A stretch of DNA of 64,000 bases. Source: Spizellomyces punctatus DAOM BR117 (lineage: Eukaryota). The position numbers were made by a program, and so were the translations under genes. The notes below the pieces were generated by a model, which was not told where the DNA came from, searched no databases, and was given only the letters and a program-made list of their open reading frames with translations. This document shows positions 24,597-37,505 of this stretch, one piece after another (position 1 is the first letter of the stretch; every line of letters begins with the position of its first letter). Where the stretch lies: NCBI GenBank assembly GCA_000182565.2, contig KQ257450.1, one strand, 5' to 3'.

Positions 24597-27500
24597 TCAT
24601 CGTCGCATATCCGCTCTTCGTCGCTGCACAAGCATTTCAATCTTTTCCACCAAATCCTTTTTCACATACGGTTTGACCATCACATCATCCATCCCCGCCT
24701 GCAGGGCTTTATCCAAATGTTCTCGTCGTGCATTACCGGTCACAGCAACGATAGGTATCCTCCATCGATTGCCATATATTTCCCGGATTTTGACGGTGGC
24801 TTGTAAGCCATCCATAACAGGCATCTCGATATCCATCAGGATAATATCGAATGCTCGTTCCTGTCGTTGGAGTATGTCTATTGCTTCTGCGCCGTGATTT
24901 GCTACTTGGGTAGAATAACCGAGCGTTTCCAGTTGGCGTTTGAGAACTTTTTGGTTCACCATGTTATCCTGTTGATATGAAGCGGATAAGTAACCAGGTC
25001 CTGTACTTAAGAGTAAAAATTAATAGAGGGGGCCTTACCTCGACAATTAGGATACTGATCTTGACCTCTCCGTCGACCATCTCGGCAGGGTTGTTCTCAG
25101 GTGTCTGTGCTGGTAGCCGACTCGTCCAGCGGGATTGTGCCGCAGGCGGCTGGCTCGGCTGTCTACTACCAGTCGCTCCTTCCACCCCGATATCAGACTC
25201 GGCCCTCCTCTCGACAGTTTCATACTTCACAAAGAACGTGAAAGTCGTCCCCTGGCCCTTGATACTATCTACACCGATATTGCCCCCTTGCAATTCCACT
25301 AGTCGTTTAGAAATAAACAAACCCAACCCACTTCCGCCGAAATCTGCATAAGTTTTTGGACTTGCTTGTGCGAATCGGCGGAAAAGCATGGCCTGTTCTT
25401 CGGGAGTCATGCCAAGACCACTATCGGCTATCGTCACTTGAACATAAATAGCATTGGCAGAGGTAGCTGGGGAAGATGAAGGTACCGGAGCCGCGGGAAC
25501 TTGGACTTTCAAACGACAAACAAAATATTAGTTCCCATTTATGACCTAAAACGTATTCAGTAGTCTCACCATTTCTAATCGTCGCCGAGCTACTTGTACT
25601 CCTACTCGAAGACAAACTCTGCATATCCGCCTTCTCATCATCCTCCGAGCCACTACTCACCATACCATCCCAAGCTGCACCTTTTGAACTTGGTTGGTTT
25701 GGCAAACTCGGTGGGGTTTCGCTGGCATCGAGGGTGACAACCACCTTTTTAACCTCAGCCTTTTCGGTAAACCGAATGGCATTGGTTAAGATGTTGATCA
25801 TAATCTGCGCCAACCGGGTCGGATCCCCTCGTACCCAGTCCACCGATAACGCCTCATAGCCAGTCCCAATGTTATATTGCAGATCAATATTCTTTAACTT
25901 GACTTCAGTGTCGAACATGCGTAGGACTTTGGTAATTTCTACCCGTGGTTGGAACTCGAGCTGGGCAAGGACCAAAAGGTTCATGCTGATCTTGGACATG
26001 TGCAGGACATCGTCCGCAATTTGTTTTTGATGTTGTGCACATAGTGTGATCGTTTCGACCGCTTCAAGATCGTTGATGACTTCCGCTCCCAACCATCTTG
26101 TCACCTTTTTCACGCTCTGAATCATGTTATCTTTTGGCTTGGACGTTTGTCGTGTAACGGGGCTATTTGTAACGGGAGCTGATGCAGGAAGTTTTATATC
26201 TTCGACACTCTCGACAGTTTTGTGCAATCCATCGACTTCTTTTTGTACTTTTTCAAGAGACTCATGCAGAAGATCGGCATTGTGGTATATGCCGTTGAGT
26301 GGGTTGCGCAATTCGTGGCATGTCATATCTATTTGACAAATCATGCCATCAGCTGTCTGCTGCAACACAATGAAACCCCTTTGAAACCAATCCAACAAAA
26401 AAACCTACCAATAAATAACTCTTGCTGCTTCTTGACCGCTTCCGCCTCCTCTGCTCTACGTCGCTGGTATTTTTCAGCCATTTCGAGTACATCAAGTCGC
26501 TCTTTTTCCAGTCGTTTCCGCTCAGTCACATCCGTACACGTCCCGATATGACCAACCGGATTCCCAGCCTCATCGTATTCGATCATCGTTGCGCCCAAAC
26601 ACCACCTCTCGACGCCCGTTCGAGTATTTTTCCACCGGAATTCTATATTGCACTGACGTCCATTCATTGCGTCCTGCCAATGAAGTTGACAACGTTTGCG
26701 ATCTTCAGGATGAATGCTATAAATGGAGAATCAGCATTGACACACCAACGTGAGATAGCAGATTTTCCGTTTGCTATACCTTTCAATAAAGTTCACAGCG
26801 GCTGGATCCTTTTCCCTGTCGTGCATAGAGATTTCCCACCACTTGTCATTTGCATAGGTGATTTGTCCCTTCATATCTGACCGGAAAATTCCAACCGGGC
26901 TAAGGGATGCCAACACCTTATACCTCCACTCACTCTCTGCCAGCTCCCTTGTTCTCTCATTAACCCTGCGCTCCAATTCAACCCTTAATTTTCCCAATTC
27001 CAAATGAGTATGAACGCGAGCGACAAGCTCTTTGGCAGAGAAGGGTTTCTCTAGGTAATCGTCAGCGCCAAGCTGGAGCCCATCGACTCGAGCTTCCTCA
27101 CCAGCTCGAGCTGAAAGTAATATCACTGGCAGCATTTTGCTTTCCGGGAGGGACCGAATCACCTTCAAGAGACCATAGCCATCCAATACCGGCATCATGA
27201 CGTCGCTTACAATGATATCGGGCATTTCCTGTTTTATTGCATCCAGTGCCTGTTGTCCGTCTGCAACGTCCGTCACGACCCACCATTTACTCAGCAAAGT
27301 CTTCACGTATCGCCGCATGTCCGAATTATCGTCGGCCAACAGCACCTTACTTCCGCGTGTTGTAGAAGGCACAGTATTGCTCGGGACACTGGATTCGGTA
27401 GAGTCTGCGGTACTTGAATGTTCCGCCGTATCATCATCACTTAGCGAGAGCCATCGTTTGGCTTCCTCAACCATGGCGTACCCATACGATCTTTTCGATT

Positions 27501-30500
27501 CGATAATGTAATCAGACACATCCTCATTGGTCTCTGACAACCGATCTTGCGGAAGATGTGAGGTACCATATGGAAGAAAGACGGAGAATGTGCTTCCCTG
27601 CCCGTACACACTACGTAACTCTACGGTTCCCCCATGTAATCGAACCAGCTCTTGTGTTAAAGCCAATCCAATACCACTGCCTTCATGGCTGCGCCCCTTC
27701 TGTCCGTCTACACGATGAAACCGCTCAAAGATTCGACTGATTTCGTGGGAGGGAATACCAGTCCCAGTATCCTCGACCGCAAAAATGACTCCTGACTTGT
27801 CCTCGTTAGGGTGGAGACTCACTTTGATGCTCCCTTGAAGCGTAAACTTGAAAGCATTGCCGATCAGGTTCAGCACGATTTTTTCCCACATGTCACGGTC
27901 TACCCACACCGTGCGCCCGTCGAGCTCACAGTCAACTATATACTGCACTCCACCTTTCTCGATGGCGCTGCGGAACAAGCTAGCTAAATCCGCTGTGAAT
28001 GTCACCAGATCCGTCTCCTTGAACGTAGCTTGCATGCGTCCGGCTTCAATTCGACTAAAGTCCAACAAGCTATTTACTAACTTTAGTAGCCTCTGAGCAT
28101 TTCTATTAATCAGGTGAACGAGGTCCAGCTGTCTTTTATTGAGAGGTTGACTTCGTTCGCCAAGCAGATCATCAACAGGTCCAAGGATCAGAGTTAAGGG
28201 AGTGCGAAGTTCATGGGAGACTGAGCTAAAGAACTGGTTCATGGCAAGTATTTTTTAGTATGTATATGAATATTTAATGCAAAGAGCTGCAAACGTACAG
28301 CAGTTTTCGCTCGATCAATCATGGCGAGGGCTTCGGCTCTTTGATATTCTTCTTCGTAGGCCCTTACGGTTGCGATGCTCGTGGCCGTTTGACGGCATAG
28401 GAGTTCCATAAACGTGCTAGGAAAAGCTTACAAATGAGCATTGAAATATCAGTAATTTTTCGCCGACAGCATACCGGTAGTCTTCATCGTACGGTCGTCT
28501 CGCACTCAATCCCGCCACAAGAACTCCCAATATATCATCGCCATCATTCGCCGTGATCGGACAGACAACTGTTATACGCGACTTCTCTCCCCATCCTCGG
28601 CCCTCAATTCCCCCAATCAGCTGTTGATCGTAAACCTCCACAACGGCTTTCTTTGCGCACGCTTCGTGGAACGGCCATATTTCATCCTCCGGGGGATCAC
28701 CAAGCAAATCTATTGTTACATTGTCAGGACTTGCACTGCACCCGTGCTCCACGCCCACAGCCGAGATCAATTTTAGTTTGTGAAGCTTGATATTTCCGGT
28801 TCGCGAGTTAGCTTGCTGCATTTTCGGTTGACAACCTGTATTATCGACGCTGCATGTATAGATGAACGCAAAGGTGATGTCATGGTGACTATCGTTCATG
28901 ACATCTGCAGCTATGGAACAGACTTCTGGGACAGATTTGGCCGTTGCTATTCAAAGTGCTTAGAAGTGAAAAGTATTGAGAAGAGAGAAATCGTTGCATA
29001 CCAGTTCGCGCTCCAAACTCTCGCAGAGTCTTTAAGCGGCGCTCCGCAACGACTCGGCCTACAAAAGATTTACGTTGTAAGAGCCTAATCATAACATTCT
29101 CTCACAAATGCTAGAGGTTCCTCACCAGTAGCTTCAAAGGTCGGGTTTAACAATCCTCCGACCGAACCATCTTCTTGGCGTATGGGTACGTAGGACCACT
29201 AGATTGCGTAAAAGGTTATTAAGGCATTCATAAATAATTTATATTCATATCATACCGTATGATATGTCTCTTCCGGATATCCATTGCGAACCATAAAAAG
29301 TAAATGATCCTCAGAGTAACATCGCTCGCCTTGCATTACGCTCTGAGCCATTGGCTCCAACGTATCCCAAATCTAGGGGAAGGCGTCAAAGGTCAGCTCA
29401 GCTATCCCAATTCTCGTGTTCAATCACGGATGCATACCTCACTCCACGCTTCAGAGCCTGCCTTGCCGAAAAGCCATGGATGCTTTGATCCGGCAATTGG
29501 CTTGTATGCATCATTGCTTAGCAAAAGCGGTGTTAGTAAGTAGCAAAGGGAATAGCTAAATGCATGCAATCCTATCTGCTTACTAGATGAGCACAAATTG
29601 TGGTCCCCACCATATCGCCATTGGGAACATGGAGCACATCGTGAGGGAAACAGCGGTGAGAAGGGACTGTGGCCATGACGAAATGCGACCCAATGGCGTA
29701 TTGGACCAATCAAAATTGCGCAACATTTCACCCATTATTCCCCCGCCCGCCAAAGAGTCTGCAAACTGCAAAATAAACAATATATCAATACCATAATGTT
29801 TTGAGTTGGACCACGAATGAAATCGCGATGCATCATGGGTAAAATCATCTTACCCTTGGAATAGTTTTCCACAAGTCATTCGACTCTGTAGAATCAATTC
29901 CTGAACCAGGATCCAGTCTTCCTTGATTGTCGGTTAGGTTGACAGACGATGATGAATGAACCCTTGGATAATTGGCGGTATCCTCATCACGAATTGTGTT
30001 GTCAGACGCAGACGTTTGTGCTTGCGTCGTGAGATAATCCTTGCTGACTTTCGTCTCCGGTTGAACAGGTTCTTCAGTCTCCCGGTGCTCTATCGCCTGG
30101 GCACTCAAAACAAAGTAGCGCTCCTTGATGCAAGTGGCCACCCATTCAATCTCCAGCTTGATCGCTTGTGCTTGAATACGGTCGATTGCATCGGTGGAAA
30201 TGATTTCGAAATTCTTGGCAACGCCAGTCTTCACTGTCATGGAACATGCCGCGGTGCGGAGATCTTTTAGTGTCGACGTGTAGTTGCCAGGTAACAGGTT
30301 TAAAGCCGGAACACCAGAGAGATCTTGTCGCGAAAGTCTCGAAGAGGATGGCTGTAGAAGGTCGTAGAAGGCAGGGTTGGCATAGTTGAAAATAGGGTGG
30401 GTTTCGGCGTCTGAATAGGTGATAATGATGTAGGGTTGTGGGAGGACGTCAAGGTAGTCAGCCAAGTACAAGTCAGAGCTGATGTCCGCGTTGCCGACAA

Positions 30501-30513
30501 CAGAGGCTGCCAT
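24597..30513 (-). CDS. Dual hybrid histidine kinase: PAS-like, PAS-like, GAF, HisKA1, HATPase1, REC1, PAS, HisKA2, HATPase2, REC2
   Basis: FDWSNTPLG..WPQSL sensor region. H-box1 FFSSVSHELRTPL, NAFKFT/DTGTGI/GSGIGL, REC1 IIVSDVMMP, PAS SPVGIFRSD..ITYANDKW, H-box2 DMTCHELRNPL, NAIRFT/DSGLGM/GSGLGL, REC2 IILMDIEMP. Confidence 0.92.
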
Positions 30514-31424
30514 TTGCTGGATGCCCAGAATCCAGCTCTCCAAAGTAAGATATCGTCTGTCCAAATGGGTCAACCACGATTTGTGTACACGCCCCTGGTC
30601 GTTTGCAGAGTGTCTGGCAGAAAGATTGGCGATTTCCGCGGCTGCACCTAGAAGTTAGTCATGTGACTTGGATGACGTAAAATCCAGATCACCGGTAAGC
30701 CTGCTTAGTCAGAGCCTATGTATCCAACAGGTCCGCTCGCCGCCCACTTGGATTTCGGTTACGCCTACAATTTCATATCGCACATACCACGTGAGCGCAC
30801 TTTTCGATCGGGAAAAGTTTTAAGGTTAAACTGCAATATGCCCTTTTGCGATGTAGATGAAATTGATACTTATGTCAGCAAGCAGATGGATGGACAAGAC
30901 AAACACAAGGGCCAAGGTTGCTGTCAAGACCACTTGATAGCTCTTCCATTGATTTGCTAGTGCCAACCTCATGGCTTATACAAAAGGTCATCTGCTGCCG
31001 TGATCACTGGCGCCGAAGGTCTTGAAGACAGCAAAGACAACTTCGACAAAACGATGAAGAAAGGATTCACATCCAGTGTAGACAGCCGCAGCTTAAACAT
31101 GGACGGGCGCCATCTTCTAGGAGGAAATCAGAAATAACTTTGTTGACAGGCGACATCCAAATTTTGGCAGCCATTGTAAATTCAGTTTCTCGCTGATCAA
31201 GGATCCCTGATACGTGGGGAATGGTGGTGATAATTACACATGTTTACTGACTATGTTAGTACTGGCTCTGGGTCGTTACGCCAACTCACATCCATCCAAC
31301 TTCTGAACTAAATACAATTCAATTCCTTCTTGCAAGCTCTCCCTCCTAGTTTTTTGTAGTATAATGGAAACCACTTTTGTTCTCATTGCCTACACGTATT
31401 CTCGCGTGCCCACAGTGCAACATT

Positions 31425-33780
31425 TCACTTTGCACAACATCCATTCGTTTCCGCCAAAGCATTTATACTGTGCCGATCCGTTCCATCCCATCCCGCAGCC
31501 CCTTTCGCAGCCTCGGTCGGGGTGACGGAATAGCTAGGTGGCACATCCAAAGCTGGATTCCTGCGGAAAAAGTGCCTGGGTCTCAACAACACTGTCATTG
31601 GCTCCGCAGGCATGATTGGGAAATCTTCAGGAGCTGGAAAGTGTGTCAGACCAAACGTGTGCCAGACGACAATATCCTCATTATCAATATTCTGGTCCGG
31701 GTTAGCCTGAATCCATTCCGTGAGACCTCGCGACGGGTCCCCTGAGGTTTGAGGGACGTGTCTGCCAGCCGGATGTACTTGAGCATCATCGTCTGTGGGA
31801 GGGTGTAGGTAAGACACTAATATTCAAGAAAAAGATCCTGAGATCAACCTACACTTTGTGACATGCAGGGCATGTCTGGCAAATCCTGCACGCTTCCAGC
31901 ATAAGCCACCTTCCTTTGGCATGAACTGAGGGACTTCTCGAGAAACAAGCTTATAAGATGCAGGTTTGCCTGAATAAGGGTGCAATTTTGACATATTGCA
32001 TATATCCCAAGTCCTCGATGTACTCCCATCATAATCCGCGATGGCCTCCTTGACGGTGGTAAACTTTGTCTTTTGCGCGTAAAAGGCATTTCCGTATTTA
32101 TTTTCCGCGGACCCAACTTCACCTGGTCCTCGCATAGCATCGACTTGCATCACAGTATTCTCATTACCGTCAATTTGGGGGTCCAAGCGAAGGCAAAATA
32201 GGTGCTGGTGATTATGAGCCTAGGATGTTACGGAGCGTTAACACTTATTTACGGAAGGTATTATGATATTTTTTCCGCCAAACTTACATTAACACCAGGG
32301 TGAACTTCTGTTCCCCATCCTTTCGTATCTTCTCCAGGTGCCATCGCGTATGTGTTCAAGATGCCTGTCAACTTAATATCTAACTGTATCGTGGCATCCT
32401 GGTGGAATATCCAATAAACACAATATTCATAATTGGCCGCCGTGAAAATCTGGGAGACCACCAGCTTGCGACCCCGAGTAACAATATACGAGCCATCTCG
32501 GAAATCTGTATGTTTAAAGAGGATTCCGTCATCCTCTTCATGGATACATATTGCGTTCTTCACCGTGATTGCAGAGCCGGCACGGTTCACAAATGCGGCA
32601 TCGAGGTAATGAATGGCCCCTTTGCAGTCGCAGCCGAGACTGTATTATCGTCAGGGAAGAGCCCAAATCACAAAAAAGATTGGATGACTTACGATAGCGA
32701 GTTCGTCATATATCCAGCCCCATATTCACCCAGATCAAAGGCGTGCTTCCTCTGATGGGGATGCTCGGGATTTCCATAGGGGACGACCATCTCCGCCAAG
32801 CTGATCCGGTAAAACATGGGCCGAACCTTGCCCTTGTCGTTGTAGGTAATGTTATGTAGCACTATTCCTTCCCGGTAGTTGAAGCCAATAACAAAATTGA
32901 AATTTTGCCAAGTAATGGCTCGTCCGGCCATCGAAAAGCTGACGCCTTCTGGTTGAGTAATGTTGAGCGTTTTAATATCTGTCCGATATCCACCATCTGC
33001 TTTAATGGCCTCTGGATGGTAATTGCTAGGAATTGTGTTGATGGGGCGACGCACAGGCGGAACATCAATGTGAATGATTTCTTGTGTTTCGGGGTTCACG
33101 ATGGGACAAAAATCGAGAGGAAAGGCGTATTGACAATCGTCAGGATGCGGTCGATAATACATTAAGGCCTGTTGGAGCCGGACTTTGTTGCCAAATCGCT
33201 CATCGTATCCGATTGTCCAAGCTACGGAATACGAAATGTAAGAGCCAGGTTTCACTGGTGGAACTTTGAGAACTTACGGTCACAATAGACTTTATCCATG
33301 TCCTCTTTTGGAATACCCAAGATCTCGCATTGGGCAATGACTTTTGGGTCCGAGCGCACGATTTTTTCTGTATTCTGTAAGTCTTCCATGGTAATCTGGT
33401 TTAAATAGGATATAGCATCAAGTCTTCAATTTCGCATAATTGACATTCCCAGTTCTCCATACCGTGGGCTGTTGTCCCTCAATCGTCTCCCACTTTACGA
33501 TTTTCCCATTCTCCAAATCCACAACCCCATCATATAAAAACCCCTTCTTATGCACAACTACCACTTCAGCTGCTCGCAGTGGGCGGTCCGCGTTTTCAGG
33601 ATCCGCCAACCATATTAGCATGTCCTTTTTTTTGGGTTCTGAGAGGGTTACGGCATTGAAAGCCAGTTGGTCACCGTGCTCTTTCCGAACGATGGCGACC
33701 GCACACTCAATTTCGGCCAACGAGAGAGGATCAAATGGATGTGGGCGACCGTCATTCGCATAAAGATGGGATGTGACCAT
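31425..33780 (-). CDS. Copper amine oxidase (TPQ-dependent primary amine oxidase)
   Basis: PHPFDPLS N-terminus, active-site base HAFDLGEYG, TPQ consensus TAANYEY, Cu ligands HNHQH (~32200-32220) and THFPAPEDFPIMP. Confidence 0.95.
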
Positions 33781-33850
33781 GATGAATACTGTCAACTAAT
33801 GAAAAATAAAAAACCTTATGGTGGTCAGAAGTTTGAGAACAAAGCCATGC

Positions 33851-34089
33851 TTTTATAGGCAGAGATTCCCTTTGCGAAGAGCATCTCATGTGATTTGCTA
33901 TCTCAAGATCGCACAAGAGGATGTCAAGATAAAGGTTTTGGAGTGTTTCCACACGCGTGTGTTATCGTTAATTAATTCATTGGCTTATCACGAAAGTCCC
34001 TAGAGTATATGCAGTCTCATCTTGATCATTCGCTTGCTCAATGATAGGTTCCCCAATTCTGGCACACATTTATCCAAAGAAGGAGATAA
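33851..34089 (-). promoter_or_regulatory. Amine oxidase promoter: TATAAAA plus a cluster of six HGATAR (GATA-factor) sites
   Basis: TATAAAA on the minus strand at 33851-33857. HGATAR at 33898, 33927, 33962, 33985, 34042 and 34084 (either strand), plus GGATAA at 34070. Confidence 0.55.
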
Positions 34090-34969
34090 GTCCAATTTGG
34101 TGCAACGGATATAACAGATGTATTTGGATCGAGTGCAAGATCGATATAACATGACGGTTATTGTTTTTAGTTCATTAACGATCTTCTGAACTAGATGGAT
34201 TGTAAGTTTTTGAACTGTTTTGGCATGAGATACGGACTTGGGGCTTTGAAACGAATGGCCACATCATGCTTTTAGGCTGATTCCAGGGAACAAGTTTGTG
34301 CAGATCTTGGCGTGCACCATCGTATATGACTCTGATTGCGGTTGCTACATATCGAGTGTTGCGGTACAGTCCTCGAGGGAGACATTGTTTTTTCTTTTGT
34401 AAATTTGTTCAAGCAGCGCATCACTCTTAGGTTTGGTTCGTCGCAAATGTCTTGTCTTTCTCTGCGGATTCGATCATTGTGTTTCAGTAACAAGTTCTTG
34501 GGGGCTTGTCATGCCCTTGAGGAGTTCACATTGGCTCAATTGCTCATCACGGCACTCCGACAACCATACATGCTCGTGACTTGGAGACCCAAAAACGTGC
34601 CTTCTTTTCTTGCAAATCGTTAGGAACCTGACGTCCTCAAGGTATCTGCCCGCGCCAGAGGGATGAAACTGTGAGTGTTTTTGTGATGCACCAGGGTTTG
34701 GATGTCCCGTCTGTTTTCGCGTACTGTGATTCAGCATCCAAGCAACCTTTCTGCATTCAACGGCGGACGTTTGTCCTTTTATATCGAATACTCAAGTATT
34801 GTTTAAGCAACCATTTCGAGTTAGTCACATCTAAAGGTCATCGCGTGCGAATGATGAAATACCACGATGATGGCAGTGTCAGATTTGTAATTATATTAAA
34901 TATAATAGCTGGCATTTCGCTCCCCAAGTATTGGAATCAGTCATTCATCGCTCGATATCCAGCAAAAGC

Positions 34970-36195
34970 ATGTCCTCCAAGAAACTACTTGTCGTTTTCG
35001 GAGCAACTGGTGCTCAAGGTGGCTCTGTCGTCAGGTCAATCCTGAGCGATCCCAAAACTGCTGCAGAGTTCTCAGTTCGCGCCGTAACCAGAGACACGTC
35101 AAAGCCGAGCGCTCAAGCTCTTTCAAAGCTGGGGGCTGAGACTATCAAGGTATGCTGAATTGTCAGTTCCCTCCAGATGATATCTTTAGCGCATCTGATT
35201 GCGCCTTGTTCATCCCTAGGCGGACTTGAAAGACAAGGCTTCTCTGCGATCAGCGCTCAAGGGCGCATATGCAGTATTTTCGGTAACAAACTATTGGGAG
35301 GAGCAAAGTGCAGAAGCGGAAATACAACAGGGGAAGAACGTTGCTGATGTCGCAAAGGTGTGCCCCGTTTAGGGTTTCAACGCCGATCATGCAGCCGCTA
35401 ACATCTTTTACATGTACAAAGGAACTCAATGTTCAGCACTTCATCTGGAGCAGTCTGTTGAATGTGACCAAACGTGAGTGCCATCATGTGAATGACACTA
35501 TTGGAGAAAATTAATTCACCGTCAGGTCCGCCATACTATAGTCTCCGGAGGGAAGCTCGATAAAGTCTTTCACTTTGACTCCAAAGCCGAGGTCGAAGAG
35601 TACATACGCTCTATTGGCATCCCAGCTACCTTCTTTTTGGCTGGATTTTACATGAGCAATCTCTCCAGCGGCATGTTCCGGCCCGACCCAGATACGAAAG
35701 CGTACACACTCGCTTTCCCTGTACCAGCCAGTGCGCCCGTCCCCTTGCTGGATGCGGCAGCAGATACCGGAAAATTTGTCAAAGGCATTCTTCTTCATCG
35801 AGAGAAGACGTTAGGGAAACGTATTTTTGGAGCTACTGAGTACTACACACTCGAGCGGATAGTTGAAGAATTCAAGGCTGTTAAGCCAGAAGCAGGGAAA
35901 ACTGCCAAATTTGTGCAAGTTTCCCCCAGCGTTTACAAAGAAAAAATAGCTTATACCGGAGCGCCGGACTTTGTACAGGAAGAAATGCTACAAAACATGC
36001 AACTGCTGGAAGAGTTTGGATATTATGGAAATGCAAGCCTTGACGAAAGTCATTCGGTACTTCTAGCATTCCCAGAAGCCTATCGTGAACGATTTCTAAC
36101 GACATTTTGCAATTTTGTTCTAGATCGTGAACGAGCCATTGACCACTTGGAAAGAATTTGCTGCCAAGACTCCAGATTGGGCAGACCTCAAGTGA
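34970..36195 (+). CDS. NmrA/HSCARG-like atypical SDR (NAD(P)-binding) protein
   Basis: [15 protein letters not shown] Rossmann motif, [42 protein letters not shown]. Four introns; stop TGA at 36193-36195. Confidence 0.92.
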
Positions 36196-37505
36196 TGACG
36201 TTGGTATATCGACTTGTAAAAAGGTTCAGTAGGAAGACATTCTGGTTTAAGGAGCCAGGGATGGAAACATAGGGACAACATCGCCGGAGTCTACACAGTA
36301 CTATACATTTATTTACTTGCGGATGGTGCTGTGTATTGGATAGTATGTTTGTACATAGGACATCTCATCATGAAAGTATTGAAGATATCTGTTTATGCCG
36401 GATTTTGCGCCGTTTTCTTATGCATTTATTTAAATTGCCAAAACAATGCTGAACTATCCTGGCTTGCGGGAAATATATACGGCACGATGTTCGCTCTGAC
36501 TATCCAACAGTTTAGGCTTATTTGATAAGAAAGGGAAAGAATACGACAAGAAGACTGGAATCTGGCGAAAAGAAAACTGCGGGCTGAGTATAGCTCCATG
36601 CCAGTGTGAATAATGCATGTTGATCTAGTGGTTTCTCTGAATTGGTTAAGGAATCTTCCGACGGAACATTCAAACTTTCACTGCGTGTTCACTTTTGAGT
36701 GTGCTTGACCTGGTTCTGGAATAGCAAAAGGCTGATGCAAATATAAACCACATTTGAGCGTATAGGTGCGGACCGTCATTGGCTTAGGTGATATCAAGTG
36801 ACGGGGAAGTTGAGATCACATATTGATGTAGGCCCATCTGATACTGACCTAGGTTTTGCATAAAATCTGGAAGCGAATACAATTATCGCACTGGTGCATT
36901 TTGGAGACAAGGCATTAAGCAATTCTCCTTGAACGTTGACAAAAGATAGAGGGCCTTTGGCAGCGACCTAAATTCACTAATATCAAAATGTACACCTCCT
37001 ACATGTTAGGTCCAAGCCCAGCGAATGTTCCATATTTCAGTCGCGTTGTTCTACGCGGGCTTTTTACTGCAAGCGATCACAACTGTCAAAGGGCGTCCAT
37101 CCGCTTTGACACTTACAGCACATACAAGGAGAATAGCAGGCTGTCGAGCAGCAGCCATGCTGGCGTGAGTAAAGCAATACCAGAACCCATGCTGTATACA
37201 ACTCCTCCTCCCCATGATATTGCTTGGTGGAAAATAATGGGAAATCATATCAGACTGGAATGCATAGGCTGGGGAGATTCCTGGATGTGGCCAAGAGATG
37301 TCGACCTACTTTGGGGCCGAACGCACATGAGGCCAAATTCCGCAGGGAACAGCAATTCCTATTTAGCGATTTCGTGGGTGATCGCTGCGCCCACGTGATC
37401 ACGACATGTGTGACGGCGATGGCAGTTCGATTTGAAATACGGTTTTCCTTGTTGTTCTCATCTTGGACTGACTCTGCAATAACATCTTGGACTGAACCTG
37501 CAATA

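Noticed and set aside
36331-37500. Short ORFs between the NmrA-like and AKR genes
   Set aside because: No motifs or coherent splice structure; likely noncoding.
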